From NCBI GenBank assembly GCA_951406725.2, contig OX597839.1, forward strand, positions 24,490,001 through 24,554,000: a stretch of DNA of 64,000 nucleotides, given 5' to 3'. The translations under genes and the position numbers were made by a program. Source of the DNA: Octopus vulgaris (Eukaryota). The notes under the pieces are model-generated. The model saw only the letters and a list, made by a program, of their open reading frames with translations, did no database searches and had not been told where the DNA came from. This document shows, piece by piece, positions 12,530 through 26,926 of the stretch. Position 1 is the stretch's first letter. The number at the start of each line of letters is the position of its first letter.

Positions 12530-12685
12530 GTTCTGCCCCTGACGAAATGTTCAATTAACTATAATTCAATATAAATCTTTAATATTGGAAACGATTGTAG
12601 GTTCTATGAGTTTGATATTGTTTGAAATAGGATTTGTTTCAATAATTTGATGTCTATACGTCAATTGTTCCATTTTCTTCTTTTT
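12530..12685 (+). mobile_element. Penelope-like terminal-repeat remnant with hammerhead-like core
   Basis: CTGACGA (12539) ... GAAAC-GATT-GTA (12588-12599). Inverted match to 11029-11130. Confidence 0.55.
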
Positions 12686-12893
12686 CTTTTACACAAACAG
12701 TAATATACCAATATCCAAAGGTGGCAAACTGGCAGTATGGTTAGCATGTCGGGCAAAAGGCTTAGCAGTATTTTGTCTGTCTTTACAATCTGAGTTCAAG
12801 TTTCGCCAAGGTCAACTTTGCTGACATCCATCTAAGACGTATTGATATCCTTGAAATAATTAATATATGTACATATATATATATATATATATA

Positions 12894-13055
12894 GGCGCAG
12901 GAGTGGCTGTGTGGTAAGTAGCTTGCTAACCAACCACATGGTTCCGGGTTCAGTCCCACTGTGTGGCATCTTGGGCAAGTGTCTTCTGCTATAGCCCCGG
13001 GCCGACCAATGCCTTGTGAGTGGATTTGGTAGACGGAAACTGAAAGAAGCCTGTC

Positions 13056-13111
<56 letters not shown>

Positions 13112-13288
13112 GTGTGTGTGTGTGTGTGTTTATCCCCCTAGCATTGCTTGACAACCGATGCTGGAGATCGATAGAATAAGTACTGGGCTTACAAAAAGAA
13201 TAAGTCCCGGGGTTGATTTGCTCCACTAAAGGCAGTGCTCCAGCATGGCCGCAGTCAAGTGACTGAAGCAAGTAAAAGAGTAAAAGAA
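12894..13288 (+). mobile_element. SINE family A with internal deletion
   Basis: Colinear with 1160-1570 but lacks ~40 bp after CCGATGCTGG. Confidence 0.9.
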
Positions 13289-13570
13289 TATATATATATA
13301 TAGTCACAATGAGGACATTTAAATCTCTTCTAAGGATATTTTATCGAAGATACACAGGTTTAATATATTGTCTTTTGAAGAGATATTTCTTCAATAAATA
13401 TATTATATAAAATATCGTAAAATATCAAACATTATTATCGAGTTAGAAAAGAAAGAGATCTAATGGACAGAAATTTATTTATTTATTAACATATACACCT
13501 ACAATCGTTTTGTTTCACAAACAAAATTGAAATTACAAACCATATATGTATATGTAATTCTGCATTTTAA

Positions 13571-13787
13571 CCCTTTAGTGTTCAGATTATTCTGTCAAAT
13601 GCGATGTTTGTTTATTTAAAATGGTTTGAATTAATCCTGCATTATCTTGTAGTTTAGAGATTTCAGTGATGTGATTTAGTTTTAGAATGACATGGTAGGG
13701 CTGAGGTGAGAGGCAAGATCTGGTCAGTTTCAATATAAAACAGGTTAAATATTTTGGCCGGATATGGCCGGTTTGAATGCTAAAGGG
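13571..13787. mobile_element. piggyBac-like MITE (second family)
   Basis: TTAA TSDs with TIR CCCTTTAGTGTTCA / TGAATGCTAAAGGG. Confidence 0.85.
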
Positions 13788-14064
13788 TTAAACACCTTGT
13801 ATGGAAACTGATCAGGGTGTGCAAAGAACAATAATGATTACATTAGGGTGTTTGGAACACTCCAAATGTATAGGCGGGTCTTTGTACACCCTGATGATTT
13901 GCCAGCCAAGGTATTTTAAATTGCAAAATTATATATTTATATACGTTTTGTAATTTTAATTTTGCTTGTGAAATGAAACAGTTATAGGTGAAAATGTTGA
14001 TTAATTGATAAATTAATTTGTACCCATTAGATCTCTCTGTTTCCTAACTCAATAATTAGATATA

Positions 14065-14295
14065 TACATGCATACATACATTACATACATACATACATAC
14101 ACACATACATACATGCATGCATACATACATACATACATACATACAAACATACATACATACATACAAACATACATACATACATGCATGCATGCATGCATAC
14201 ATACACACACACATACATACATACATAAATACATACATACAAACATACATACATACATACATAAATACATACATAAATACATACATACATACATC
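14065..14295. repeat. (CATA)n array
   Basis: Direct reading. Confidence 0.95.
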
Positions 14296-15300
14296 TGTGA
14301 TGCTGTTCATGCTTTCTATAAACCCCTTGTCATTCCTGTTAAGGAGGTCTGAAGGGTATCTCACTGGTTCACAAGGGAACAAAAATACCAAAATTACACC
14401 GTTTCTTTGTGGATGACTTGAAACTGCCAAGAATATGCATGAGATGAAAGAGAACCTTGAGCTGGTTACAGCATTCTCAAAGGATACAGGGTTGGAGTTC
14501 AGTCAGGATAAATATTGATATCTGGTTGTGAAACGAGGGAAATCTGGAAACCAGACTAGCAGAATCTCCACCAATGGCTTGACTGTTTCCCCTGGATCTG
14601 ATGAGGAATGTTACAGATGCCTAGAGGCACACAAATACATCATCTACGATGGCAATTGTAACAAGACATCTCTTTTCTCTCTATTTACTTGTTTCAGTCA
14701 TTTGACTGTGGCCATGCTGGAGCACCGCCTTTAATCAAGCAACTCGACCCCGGGACTTATTCTTTTGTAAGCCCAGTACTTATTCTATCGGTCTCTTTTG
14801 CCGAACCACTAAGTGACAGGGACATAAACACACCAGCATCGGTTGTCAAGCAATGCTAGGGCGACAAACACAGACACACAAACATATACACACACATACA
14901 TACATACGTATATATACATATATACGACGGGCTTCTTTCAGTTTCCATCTATCAAATCCACTCACAAGGCTTTGGTCGGCCCGAGGCTATAGTAGAAGAC
15001 ACTTGCCCAAGGTGCCACGCAATGGGACTGAACCCGGAACCATACGGTTGTTAAACAAGTTACTTACCACACAGCCACTCCTGCGCCTACGTGTAACTAA
15101 CGAATACTACAACCAATTAAGGAAAATATAGATCTCGGAACTCTCTGCATTCAGTAAAACAGTGGCCCAAGATGTGTTTGCAGTGCCAGTACTCATACCA
15201 ATATTTGAGCTGCTTGACTGGAGGTTTGATGAGATCCAAGCCTTTGATGTGAAAATCTGGAAGGTACTGACCTGCACAGTGATGTGGGCCATCTCCACCT
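14296..15300 (+). pseudogene. R4/Dong-clade non-LTR reverse transcriptase fragment, split by a SINE
   Basis: Frameshifted translation SVMLFMLSINPLSFLL..GY..; FVDDLK; LELVTAFSKDTGLEFSQDK. After the SINE: SELSAFSKTVAQDVFAVPVLIPIFELLDW..EIQAFDVKI. Confidence 0.75.
14670..15087 (-). mobile_element. SINE family A
   Basis: Full-length reverse copy. Confidence 0.9.
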
Positions 15301-15449
15301 AAAATGGTTTATACCTGTAATTATTGGAGCACTGTGATATTAGGCTTCTCAAAGCCATGAAGGGTCAAGCTGATTGGAAGACTACAGATCCAGCCATCAC
15401 TGAAGCTGTAAAAGATCTATAAAACTTTCCAGAAGTTTATCATTGACGT

Positions 15450-15825
15450 CCAGGGGTCCTGGCTGGATCGAAATCGAATTGAACCAGCCAGGACCCCTGG
15501 ACTGGTGGTACATAAAAAGCACTATCCGACTCGTGGCCGATGCCAGCGGCGCCTCAACTGGCTTCCATGCCAGTGGCACGTAAAATGCACCAATCCGACC
15601 GTGGCCGTTGCCAGCCTCGCCTGGCACCTGTGCAGGTGGCACGTAAAAAGCACCCACTACACTCACGGAGTGGTTGGTGTTAGGAAGGGCATCCAGCTGT
15701 AGAAACACTGCCAGATCAGACTGGAGCCTGGTGCAGCCTTCTGGCTTCCCAGATCCCCGGTCGAACCGTCCAACCCATGCTAGCATGGAAAACGGACGTT
15801 AAACGATGATGATGATGATGATGAT
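15450..15825 (+). mobile_element. RTE LINE 3' UTR with three GTGGCACGTAAAAAGCACC modules
   Basis: Matches 54522-54960 in reverse, (GAT)n tail. Confidence 0.85.
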
Positions 15826-15943
15826 ATACATGTGCATGTCTCAATATACAACTAATATGCATGAGAATGCATACATAAAACAAAATATAGAAATCTGCAG
15901 ATGCACTGACTCCAAATACTGCACAGGAGTGGTTGTGTGGATA

Positions 15944-16338
15944 GGCGCAGGAGTGGCTGTGGAAAGTAGCTTGTTTACCAGCCACATGGTTCCGGGTTCA
16001 GTCCCACTGCGTGGCACCTTGGGCAAGTGTCTTCTACTATAGCCTTGGGCCGACCAAAACCTTGTGAGTGGATTTGGTAGATGGAAACTGAAAGAAGCCC
16101 GTCGTATATATGTATATATATATATATATATATAAGCATGTGTGTGTTTGTGTGTCTGTGTTTGTCCCCCTAGCATTGCTTGACAACCAATGCTGCGGTT
16201 CGGCAAAAGAGACCGATAGAATAAGTACTGGGCTTACAAAAGAATAAGTCCCGGGGTCGAGTTGCTCGATTAAAGGCAGTGCTCCAGCATGGCCTCAGTC
16301 AAATGACTGAAACAAGTAAAAGAGTAAAGAGTAAGAGT
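15944..16338 (+). mobile_element. SINE family A
   Basis: Head to tail, preceded by a duplicated 20-bp head at 15921-15940. Confidence 0.9.
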
Positions 16339-16733
16339 ATATACACACGCATACAAACAAAAATACCGGGTTCATGTTGTTGAAATTCCAATGACAGAGC
16401 CTTTGATATAGGTTAGAAACCAGCTCTTTCTATACTAGCAAAAAAAAACATCTTGAAATAAAACTAAACAATGACATATATGCATAACAATATGGGTCCC
16501 GACAAATACCTTGTTTCACCTGGAGGTCCGAGCGCCCGGACGAAACAAACTATATTTTGTCGGACTTGTTTTTGCTTTTTATAGAAAGTATGGCAACTTA
16601 AAGTTTGCACTTTGAGGTCTTTAATTTCTTTGTATTGTAATAAGTCCGACTGCGTTCCTTCTGAATAAGGTAACCCAAGACTTGTGTGTGTGTGTGTGTG
16701 TATGTGTGTGTGTGTGATTTTGTATGTGTGTGT

Positions 16734-16764
<31 letters not shown>

Positions 16765-17419
16765 ATTGTGTGTGTGTGATTGTGTGTGTGTGTGTGTGAT
16801 TGTTTGTGTGTGTGTGTGTGTGTGTGTGATTGTGTGTGTGTGCGTGTGTGTGTGGTATGACCGAAAATGGCGAATGATTTGACCTGGGCGGATTTGGACT
16901 TTATTTTTGTCAAGTCCAGCGACCATGCACGGATTTGGTTGTTATTTTTAGCAACTCGAACCCCTACCCTCCCTCTCTCTCTCTCTCTCTATCACTCTCT
17001 AGCTGACAAAAAGAGAAACAAAAGTGGAACAAAATGTGGTGAAAGAGTGAAATAAACAAATTGATAAATAAATAAATAAATAAATAAATAAAAATAAATA
17101 AATAAATAAATAAATGGATAAAAAAATAAAAAAATAAATAAATGGATAAATAAATAAAAATTTACAACAGAAAAGAGACAGGAAAGAAAGGAGATCTAAC
17201 AAAGATGTTGAAAGGAAATGATGAGTGGTGGAGACGGTGGTGATGGATGCGGTTGTGGTGGAGATAAGAGAGAGAGTAGGAGGGAGAGAGAAGTGGGTAG
17301 AGTGTTGATGATGAAATAGAGAGAGGGATAAGAACGAGAGGGGGAGGGAGAAAAGAGTGAAAGTTATAAAGAATGAGAGAGAGGTAGACAGACGCCGGTT
17401 AGAAAATAGAGAGAGTAAT

Positions 17420-19150
17420 GTTAAGGAGAGAGGGAGTAAAGTGTGAAAGTTATAAAGAATGAGAGAGAGGTAGGCAGAGAATGGTTTTGAAATAGAGTGA
17501 GTGATAATAAGCACGGGGGGGTGAAAAAGAGAGAAAGTAATAATAACCAGGGAGAGTGAAAGAGATATAGTAATAAAAAGGAGGGAGAGCGAATAGGAAA
17601 AAAGAGTAATAATACGCAGGGAGGGTGAAATAGAGGAAAAGAGAGAGAGAGTAATGATACAGCAAGGAGGGTGAAAGATATAGAGTAATAATGAGCCGGG
17701 AAGGTGAAGGAGAGAGAGTACGAATAAGCAGGGAGGGTGCAATAGAGAAAAAGAGAGAGTAATAATGAGCAAGGAGGGTGAAAGAGAGAGAGCAATAAAG
17801 AGCCGGGAAGGTGAAGGAGAGAGAGAGTAAGAATAAGCAGGGAGGGTGCAATAGAGAAAATGAGAGAGTAATGATACAGCAAGGAGGGTGAAAAAGAGAG
17901 AGAGAGCAATAATGAGCCGGGTAGGGGAAGGAGAGGGAGGGGTGTCTAATATATATGGGATAAAGAATGGAGAGATAAAAGATTGGCCTCTTTGTTTTTC
18001 TATTCTGATTCTATTCACATCTAAAATGCTTTATTATCAGAAGGAATAATATTAGATTGACTGGCGGTACTTGACCGGTTCTCACTTTGGTGTGTGGGGG
18101 AGATTGTGAATTAGATAGAGAGAGAGATGTTTATAATAAAGATTAAGAGGCGGGAGAGAGAGAGAGGGGGGGAGAAAGGGAAGGCGGTGAAAGACTGTGA
18201 GTAGAGAGAGAGAGAGGGGGGAAAGAGGAAGGTGGTGAAATACTGTGAGTAGAGAGAGAGAGAGAGAGAGAGAGAAGGTGGTGAAATACTGTGAGTAGAG
18301 AGAGAGAGAGAGAGAGGGGAAAGAGAAAGGTGGTAAAAAGCTGTAACTATAGAAAGAGAAAGAAGTGGTGAAATGCAGTAATTAAAGAGAGGGGGGGAAA
18401 ATAGTGAAATATAGTAATTATACAGAGAGAGTAAAAGGCGGTGGTGAAAAGCAGTAACTATAGAGAGAGAAAGGAAGTGGTGAACTATAGACTATAGAGA
18501 AAGAGAGATAATGGTGAAAAGAAGCAACTATATAGAGAGGGGGCAGAAGAAATACAGTAACTATGAAAAGGGGAGGGACTGGTATAAAAGAGTAAGTATA
18601 GTGAGAGAGAGTGAAAGAGAGAGATAGAGAAAGTGGTGAAATATAGTAATTAAAGACAGAGAAGGGGAAAGGTAACTAAAGAGAGAGAGAGTGAAAGAAG
18701 GTGGTGAAATACAGTAATCATATAGAGAGAGAGAGACGAAGAGAGACGAAGAGTGGTAATTAGAGAGAGAGAGAGGAAGAGAGAGAGGGAAGGCGGTGAA
18801 ATATAGTAATTATAGAGAGAGAAATAGAGGGTAATACATAAAGAGAGAGAGGGGGAAGCATGCTTGTGAGCCACATTAACTATATATAGAGAGATGGAGG
18901 TGGTGAAAGACAGTAAGTGTAGAGAGAGAGAGAGACGAAAAGTGGTGAAATACAGTAATTATACAGAGAGAGAGATGTGATGAAATAGAGTAACTATATA
19001 GAGAGAAATATAGTATATAAAAAAGAGAGAGAGAGAGAGCCATGCCGGTGAAAAGCATAAACTATATAAGAGAGAGATAGAGAGAGAAGTTGTGAAATAC
19101 AAAAATTATAAAGAGAGCGTGATAATATGAGAGAGAGAGAGACAAAGAGA
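17420..19150. repeat. Degenerate purine-rich minisatellites (~30-40 bp units)
   Basis: Recurrent AGTAATAATGAGC..GGAGGGTGAA (17480-17930) and GGTGGTGAAATACAGTAATTATAGAGAG (18180-19110). Confidence 0.8.
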
Positions 19151-19357
19151 TAGAGAGAGAAGGTGTTAAGTGAGAGTGCAAATAGAGGAAGAGGAGGAGT
19201 AGATGTAGTGAGAGAGAGGGTGTTGATCAAAGAATGATTGTAATCGAAGGTGCTCCAGTTATGACCATCCTGTCTTTTGTCAGATATTTCTGACATTGTA
19301 CGTGGGACTTTTAAATGAGGGCTTTGTACGAGGGGAAACTTACTACACACCAAGGCC

Positions 19358-19410
<53 letters not shown>

Positions 19411-19432
19411 TACACACACACATACACACGCA

Positions 19433-21570
19433 CACACACATGTATAACATACATACGTATACATGTAATACACACACACACATGTATAACATACGTACAT
19501 ATACATGTAATATACACACACACACATGTATAACATACGTACGTATACATGTAATATACACACACATGTATAACACACGTACGTATACATGTAATATACA
19601 CACACATGTATAACACACGTACGTATACATGTAATATACACACACATGTATAACATACGTACGTATACGTGTAATATACACACACATGTATAACATACGT
19701 ACGTATACATGTAATATACACACACATGTATAACATACGTACGTATATATGTAATATACACACACATGTATAACATACGTACGTATACATGTAATATACA
19801 CACACACACATGTATAACATACGTACGTATACATGTAATACACACACACATGTATAACATACGTACGTATGCATGTAATATACACACACATGTATAACAT
19901 ACGTACGTATACATGTAATATACACACACACACATGTATAACATACGTACGTATGCATGTAATATACACACACATGTATAACATACGTACGTATACATGT
20001 AATATACACACACACACATGTATAACATACGTACGTATACGTGTAATATACACACACATGTATAACATACGTACGTATACATGTAATATACACACACATG
20101 TATAACATACGTACGTATATATGTAATATACACACATGTATAACATACGTACGTATACATGTAATATACACACACACACATCTATAACATACGTACGTAT
20201 ACATGTAATACACACACACATGTATAACATACGTACGTATGCATGTAATATACACACACATGTATAACATACGTACGTATACATGTAATATACACACACA
20301 CACATGTATAACATACCTACATATACATGTAATATACACACACACATGTATAACATACGTACGTATACATGTAATATACACACACATGTATAACATACGT
20401 ACGTATACATGTAATATACACACACACACATGTATAACATACGTAAGTATACGTGTAATATACACACACATGTATAACATACGTACGTATACATGTAATA
20501 TACACACACATGTATAACATACGTACGTATATATGTAATATACACACATGTATAACATACGTACGTATACATGTAATATACACACACACACATGTATAAC
20601 ATACGTACGTATACATGTAATACACACACACATGTATAACATACGTACGTATGCATGTAATATACACACACATGTATAACATACGTACGTATACATGTAA
20701 TATACACACACACACATGTATAACATACCTACATATACATGTAATATACACACACACATGTATAACATACGTACGTATACATGTAATATACACACACATG
20801 TATAACATACGTACGTATACATGTCATATACACACACACATGTATAACATACGTACGTATACATGTAATATACACACACATGTATAACATACGTACGTAT
20901 ACATGTAATATACACACACACACATGTATAACATACGTACGTATACATGTAATATACACACACATGTATAACATACGTACGTATACATGTAATATACACA
21001 CACATGTATAACATACGTACGTATACATGTAATATACACACACATGTATAACATACGTACGTATACATGTGATATACACACACACATGTATAACACACGT
21101 ACGTATACATGTAATACACACACACATGTATAACATACGTACGTATACATGTAATATACACACACACATGTATAACATACGTACGTATACATGTAATATA
21201 CACACACACATGTATAACATACGTACGTATACATGTCATATACACACACACATGTATAACATACGTACGTATACATGTAATATACACACACATGTATAAC
21301 ATACGTACGTATACATGTAATATACATACACACATGTATAACATACGTACGTATACATGTGATATACACACACATGTATAACATACGTACGTATACATGT
21401 AATATACACATACATGTATAACATACGTACGTATACATGTAATATACACACACATGTATAACATACGTACGTATACATGTAATATACACACACATGTATA
21501 ACATACGTACGTATACATGTAATACACACACACACATGTATAACATACGTACGTATACATGTGGTATACA
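19433..21570. repeat. ~40-44 bp satellite, ~50 units: CATGTATAACATACGTACGTATACATGTAATATA(CA)n
   Basis: Direct reading, highly homogeneous units. Confidence 0.97.
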
Positions 21571-22129
21571 CGCACATGGATGTTTCTATAAACATACACG
21601 AACTTAGATGAGAGGAAAGCAAAGAACATGGTTTTTCCCAAATTGTGAAGGGAGAAGATAAATAATAGAGAGAAATATTCGTGTTATTGATGTTAAAGGA
21701 GAGAGACAGGGAGAGAAAGAGAAGAATGAGGGGGGGAAAACACTGCAAAAAAAAACAACAAAAAAATTATAAAAACAAGGTGAGGAGAAGGAGGGGAGCT
21801 ACATGTGGTAGCTCGTCTTGCTAAAAATAGCAACCAAACACTGCTTCAGATCATAAACAAAAAAAACCCAACAATTTTTGCAGTTCTTTATGTAGAAGCA
21901 GTCGAGATGGTCAGAAATGTAACGTCTTTGACAATCGAGGGCTAAACAATGTTTTTAGTAGTAAATAGTAGCGGAAAAGGTGGTTGATCCGAGGTCGCTG
22001 AAGACTGGGTCTTTTGGATATCGCGTGTGGCACGCTGCGAAATGCCGGGAATGAAAAGTAATAAATTCCCTTCAGAATATCTTATTTACATAAAGTATTT
22101 AAGACTCGCCCGACAAAAATAAGCTGTCG

Positions 22130-23370
22130 ATACATACATACATACATACATACATACATACACACATGCATACATACATGCATCCATGTATACATACATA
22201 CATACATACATGGATACATGCATACATACATACATACATACATACATTCATACACACATGCATGCATACATGCATACATACACACATACATACATACATA
22301 CATACATACATACATACATTCATACACACATGCATACATACATGCATACATGCATCCATGTATACATACATACATGGATACATGCATACATACATACATA
22401 TATACATGCATACATACATACACACACGCACATACATACATACATACATACATACATTCATACATGCATACATACATACATACATGCATGCATGCATGCA
22501 TACATACATACATACGTACGTACACACATACATACATACATACGTAGATTCATACATACATACATACATTCATACACACATACATACATTCATACACACA
22601 TACATACATTCATACACACATACATACATTCATACATACATACATACATTCATACACACATACATACATTCATACATACATACATACATACATGCATGCA
22701 TACATACATACATACATACATACATACATACATACATTCACACACACATGCATACATACATGCATACATGCATCCATGTATACATACATACATACATACA
22801 TGGATACATGCATACATACATGCATGCATACATTCATACACACGTACATACATTCATACATACATACATTCATACATACATACATTCATACACACATACA
22901 TTCATACATACATGCATACATACATGCATGCATGCATACATACATATATACGTACATAAATACATACATACATGCAAACATTCATACATACATACATACA
23001 TACACACATGCATACATACATACATTCATACATACATACATACATACACACATGCATACATACATACATTCATACAAACATACATACATACATACATACA
23101 TGCATACATACATGCATGCATGCATACATACATATATACGTACATAAATACATACATACATGCAAACATTCATACATACATACATACATACATACATACA
23201 TACATACATACATACATTCATACATACATACATTCATACACACATACATACATTCATACATACATACATACATACATACATGCATGCATACATACATTCA
23301 TACACACATACATACACAAGCATACATACATACACGACTACATACATACAAACATACATACACACAGACA
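22130..23370. repeat. (CATA)n-based array
   Basis: Direct reading. Confidence 0.97.
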
Positions 23371-23517
23371 TTTTAAATTTCTTTTAAAACATTTCATTAC
23401 ATTTAAATTTCCATCTTTCAATTAACTAAATTAGCATAAAATAATGGTTTCCTACTTTCTTATAATTAAGATCTAAAAGAGATAATTGAATGACTGTAAA
23501 CCCACTTTTGGGCCACC

Positions 23518-23617
<100 letters not shown>

Positions 23618-23639
23618 TGTTGTCCTTTTACGTGTTTGT

Positions 23640-24035
23640 GGCATTTAATTAAGGCCATGCTGGAACACCGCCTTTAGTCGAGCAAATTGACCCCAGGACT
23701 TATTCTTTGTAAGCCCAGTACTTATTCTGCCGGTCACTTTTGCCGAACCGCTAGCTTACAGGGGACCTAAACACACCAGCATCGGTTGTCGAGCGATGGT
23801 GGGGGAGACAAACACAGACACATAAACATATTTATGTATATTTATATATATGTATATATATACATATATACACGATGGGTTTCTTTCAGTTTCTGTCTAC
23901 CAAATTCATTCACAAGCTTTCGGTTGGTCTGAGGTTACAGTTGAAGACGCTTGCCCAAGGTGCAATGCAGTGGGACTGAACCCGGAACCATGTGGTTGGT
24001 AAACAAGCTACTTACCACACAGCCACTCCTGAGCC
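23640..24035 (-). mobile_element. SINE family A, diverged
   Basis: Reverse copy of 1160-1570. Confidence 0.85.
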
Positions 24036-24139
24036 TATGTTATAATTTTTCAAAATTCACTGGGCAAGCACAGTTTCAGTCGGCAATATGTGGATAATGC
24101 TGAGATGATCTTTGAAAATGCTAAGATCATATTTGTAAG

Positions 24140-24176
<37 letters not shown>

Positions 24177-24545
24177 CGAATATTCTTAAAAATTTCACCA
24201 CCAGTGGCCTGGCATGTATAAAAAGTCAATAGACAACATAATTCTTCCTAGATTTTGGTACAAAACCAGGAGTCTTGAAGGGAAGGGGCAATTTGATTGA
24301 CTGCTACTTATTTTATCAACAATAATAATCATTTCTACCTTAAGGCACAAGGCCTGAAACTTGCAGGGAGGGGACTAGTTGATTAAATCAAACCCCCCAA
24401 TGTTTCACTGGTATATAATTTATTGACCCCGAAAGGATGAAAGGCAAAGTCAACCTCGGCAGAATTTGAACTCAGAACGTAAAGACAGACAAAATACTGC
24501 TAAGCATTTCACCTGGCATGGTAACAATTCTGCCAGCTCACTGCC

Positions 24546-24578
<33 letters not shown>

Positions 24579-24658
24579 ATGATGATGATGATGATGATAA
24601 GAAGAAGAAGAAAAAGAAGGATGATAATAATAATAATAATAACAATAATAATAATGAA

Positions 24659-25008
24659 GGAAGCACTCCGTCGGTTACGACGACGAGGGTTCTGGTTGAT
24701 CCGATCAACGGAACAGCCTGCTCATGAAATTAACGTGTAAGTGGCTGAGCACTCTACAGACACGTGCACCCTTACCGTAGTTCTCGGGGATATTCAGCGT
24801 GACAGGTTCAACAGAAACAGGAAGTAAGAGTGAGAGAAAGTTGTGGCGAAAGAGTACAGCAGGGATCACCACCATCCCCTGCCGGAGCTTTGTGGAGCTT
24901 TAGGTGTTTTCGCTCAATAAACACTCACAACGCCCAGTCTGGGAATCGAAACCACGATCCTACGACCGCGAGTCTACTGCCCTAACCACTGGGCCATTGC
25001 GCCTCCAC
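24659..25008 (-). mobile_element. tRNA-derived SINE family C
   Basis: Reverse complement of 43994-44385 with an internal deletion. Confidence 0.85.
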
Positions 25009-25042
<34 letters not shown>

Positions 25043-25248
25043 TCAGACAAATACATAACAAAAACACCAGGACTTACAAACACATATAACATACAGAAAA
25101 TTGCACTACTAGGCACTGCACACATCCTACGCAGAACACTTTCAATACAGTAACCATCAGATCATCACAACAAATCACAGCATGTAGCCAAGGCACACAG
25201 AGCTGCGCTCGGTAGTGAAGTGAAAGCACATGATAAGAATAGGACTAA

Positions 25249-25250
<2 letters not shown>
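25043..25250 (+). mobile_element. R4/Dong LINE 3' end inside a (TAA)n tract
   Basis: SDKYITKTPGLTNTYNIQKIALLGTAHILRRTLSIQ*, with (TAA)n on both sides, the known Dong target. Confidence 0.8.
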
Positions 25251-25292
<42 letters not shown>

Positions 25293-25408
25293 GAAAGAGG
25301 TCTATGTTTCTGATGGTTAACTGAGGTGCAGTCGCCAGGAATGTGGCCTGGGCGTCAAGGGGGTGGCAGCCTGAAAACGTTTGGGAACCCCTGATGTACA
25401 TTGTTTTG

Positions 25409-25883
25409 TTTTGGTATAAAAGATGGGATCAGCAAATATTCTGCTCAATACCACAGATTTGCTTGTCAGTTATTTGACCTTAACCAGTTGAGCATGTCCC
25501 TCAGTGGCTGACGATATGTGCATCTCTGATCATGAGCAGAAGTAGTGGGGGAGCATCATAGCCATGTGTTGAGAGGGATTCTTTGGGGTTTGAATAATTC
25601 ACCTCTGGAAACATGGGTGTTTTGTTCAACATCCTTAAAACAACCCTTATTCAGGGACCTTTTCAGCGGGATGGGTTACTCGACCTGAAGAAAATTCTAA
25701 CTGGGCCCTACCTGCAAGGTCATGCTCTGTTTATCTTGATATGAAATCATCATGTCACACACATATGGTTGTGATGCATGTGCCTGGTGTACCCTTATCA
25801 GAAGGGTAGTCATGATGGGTATACTGGACTTCATATATTTGTACCCCAGTGTCACTTGGATGGCATGCACTGCTCTCTCACTC
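25409..25883 (+). mobile_element. Unclassified interspersed repeat ending in (AAT)n, probably a LINE 3' UTR
   Basis: Complex-sequence block ending abruptly in an (AAT)n tail. No ORF homology seen. Confidence 0.35.
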
Positions 25884-25931
<48 letters not shown>

Positions 25932-26059
25932 AATAATCATTTCTGCTAAAGGTGCAAGGCCTGAAATTTTGGTGGGAGGGGACTCATCAATTACATCAAC
26001 CCCAGTGCATAACTGGTACTTATTTCATTGACCCTGTAAAGAAGAAAAGCAAAGTTGAC

Positions 26060-26692
26060 CGCAGTGGTTGTGTTGGTGGTGATGAGAATGATGAAGATGA
26101 AGATTGTGGTGGTAGTGGTGGTGGGTGGGTTGATGGTGTCAATGAATATGCTGATGATGGTTGGAGAGATGATGGTGATGATGATGATTGCGATGGTGAT
26201 GGAAATGATGGTGATGATGGTGGTGACGGTGATAATGAGTACAGTGTTGATGATGATAATGATGGTGATGGTGATGGTGATATTGAATTTGATGATGATG
26301 GTGGTGGTGGTGGTGGTGGTGGTAATGGTGGAGGTCAAACTTCATATAGTGATGATTGCAATGATGATGATGATGTGGTGGTTGGTTGTGGTGTCAGTGG
26401 TTGTAGTGAATATGATAGCTGGTAATGATGGTGGTGGTGGTAGTGGTGGTGGTGGTTGTGGTGTTGGTTGTAGTGGTTGTGGTGGTAGTGGTGGTGGTGG
26501 TTGTAGTGAATATGATAGCTGGTAATGATGATGGTGGTGGCGGTGGTGGTGGTACTGGTTGTGGTGGTAGTGGTGGTGGTGGTGGTGGCGGTGGTGGTGG
26601 TGATGGTTGTTGTGGTGGTGGTGGTGGTGGTAGTGGTGGTGGTGGTGGTAGTGATGGTGGTGATGGTGGTGGTGGTGGTGGTGGTGGTGGTT
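26060..26692. repeat. (GGT)n/(GAT)n trinucleotide region
   Basis: Direct reading. Confidence 0.95.
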
Positions 26693-26926
26693 CCATCCCC
26701 ACCATCAGTTGAAGAAGATAAGACGACAGGAAATGGCTAATCAGCATTTCTCACACAAGGCAGGAAGCCTGGAATTTTGTAGAGAGGAGGAGAGGAAGGG
26801 GGGAGAGTGAAGGAGAGGGGGAGGGGAGAGAGAGAGAGAGGGGGGGAAGGAGATATGGGAAGTTGTGATGTTCAGTTCTTTTCCAAAGGCCTCTCATTAA
26901 ACTGAAATGGGACCATGGTTCTATGC

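Noticed and set aside
11207-12574. MYVC/HTYI ORFs (also 22082-23425)
   Set aside because: Translations of (TATG)n and (CATA)n.
16999-18018. 339-aa hydrophobic ORF resembling a membrane protein
   Set aside because: Antisense of GA-rich minisatellite.
19311-21641. 776-aa ORF and overlapping long ORFs
   Set aside because: Read-through of the 40-bp satellite, open in several frames with repetitive peptide.
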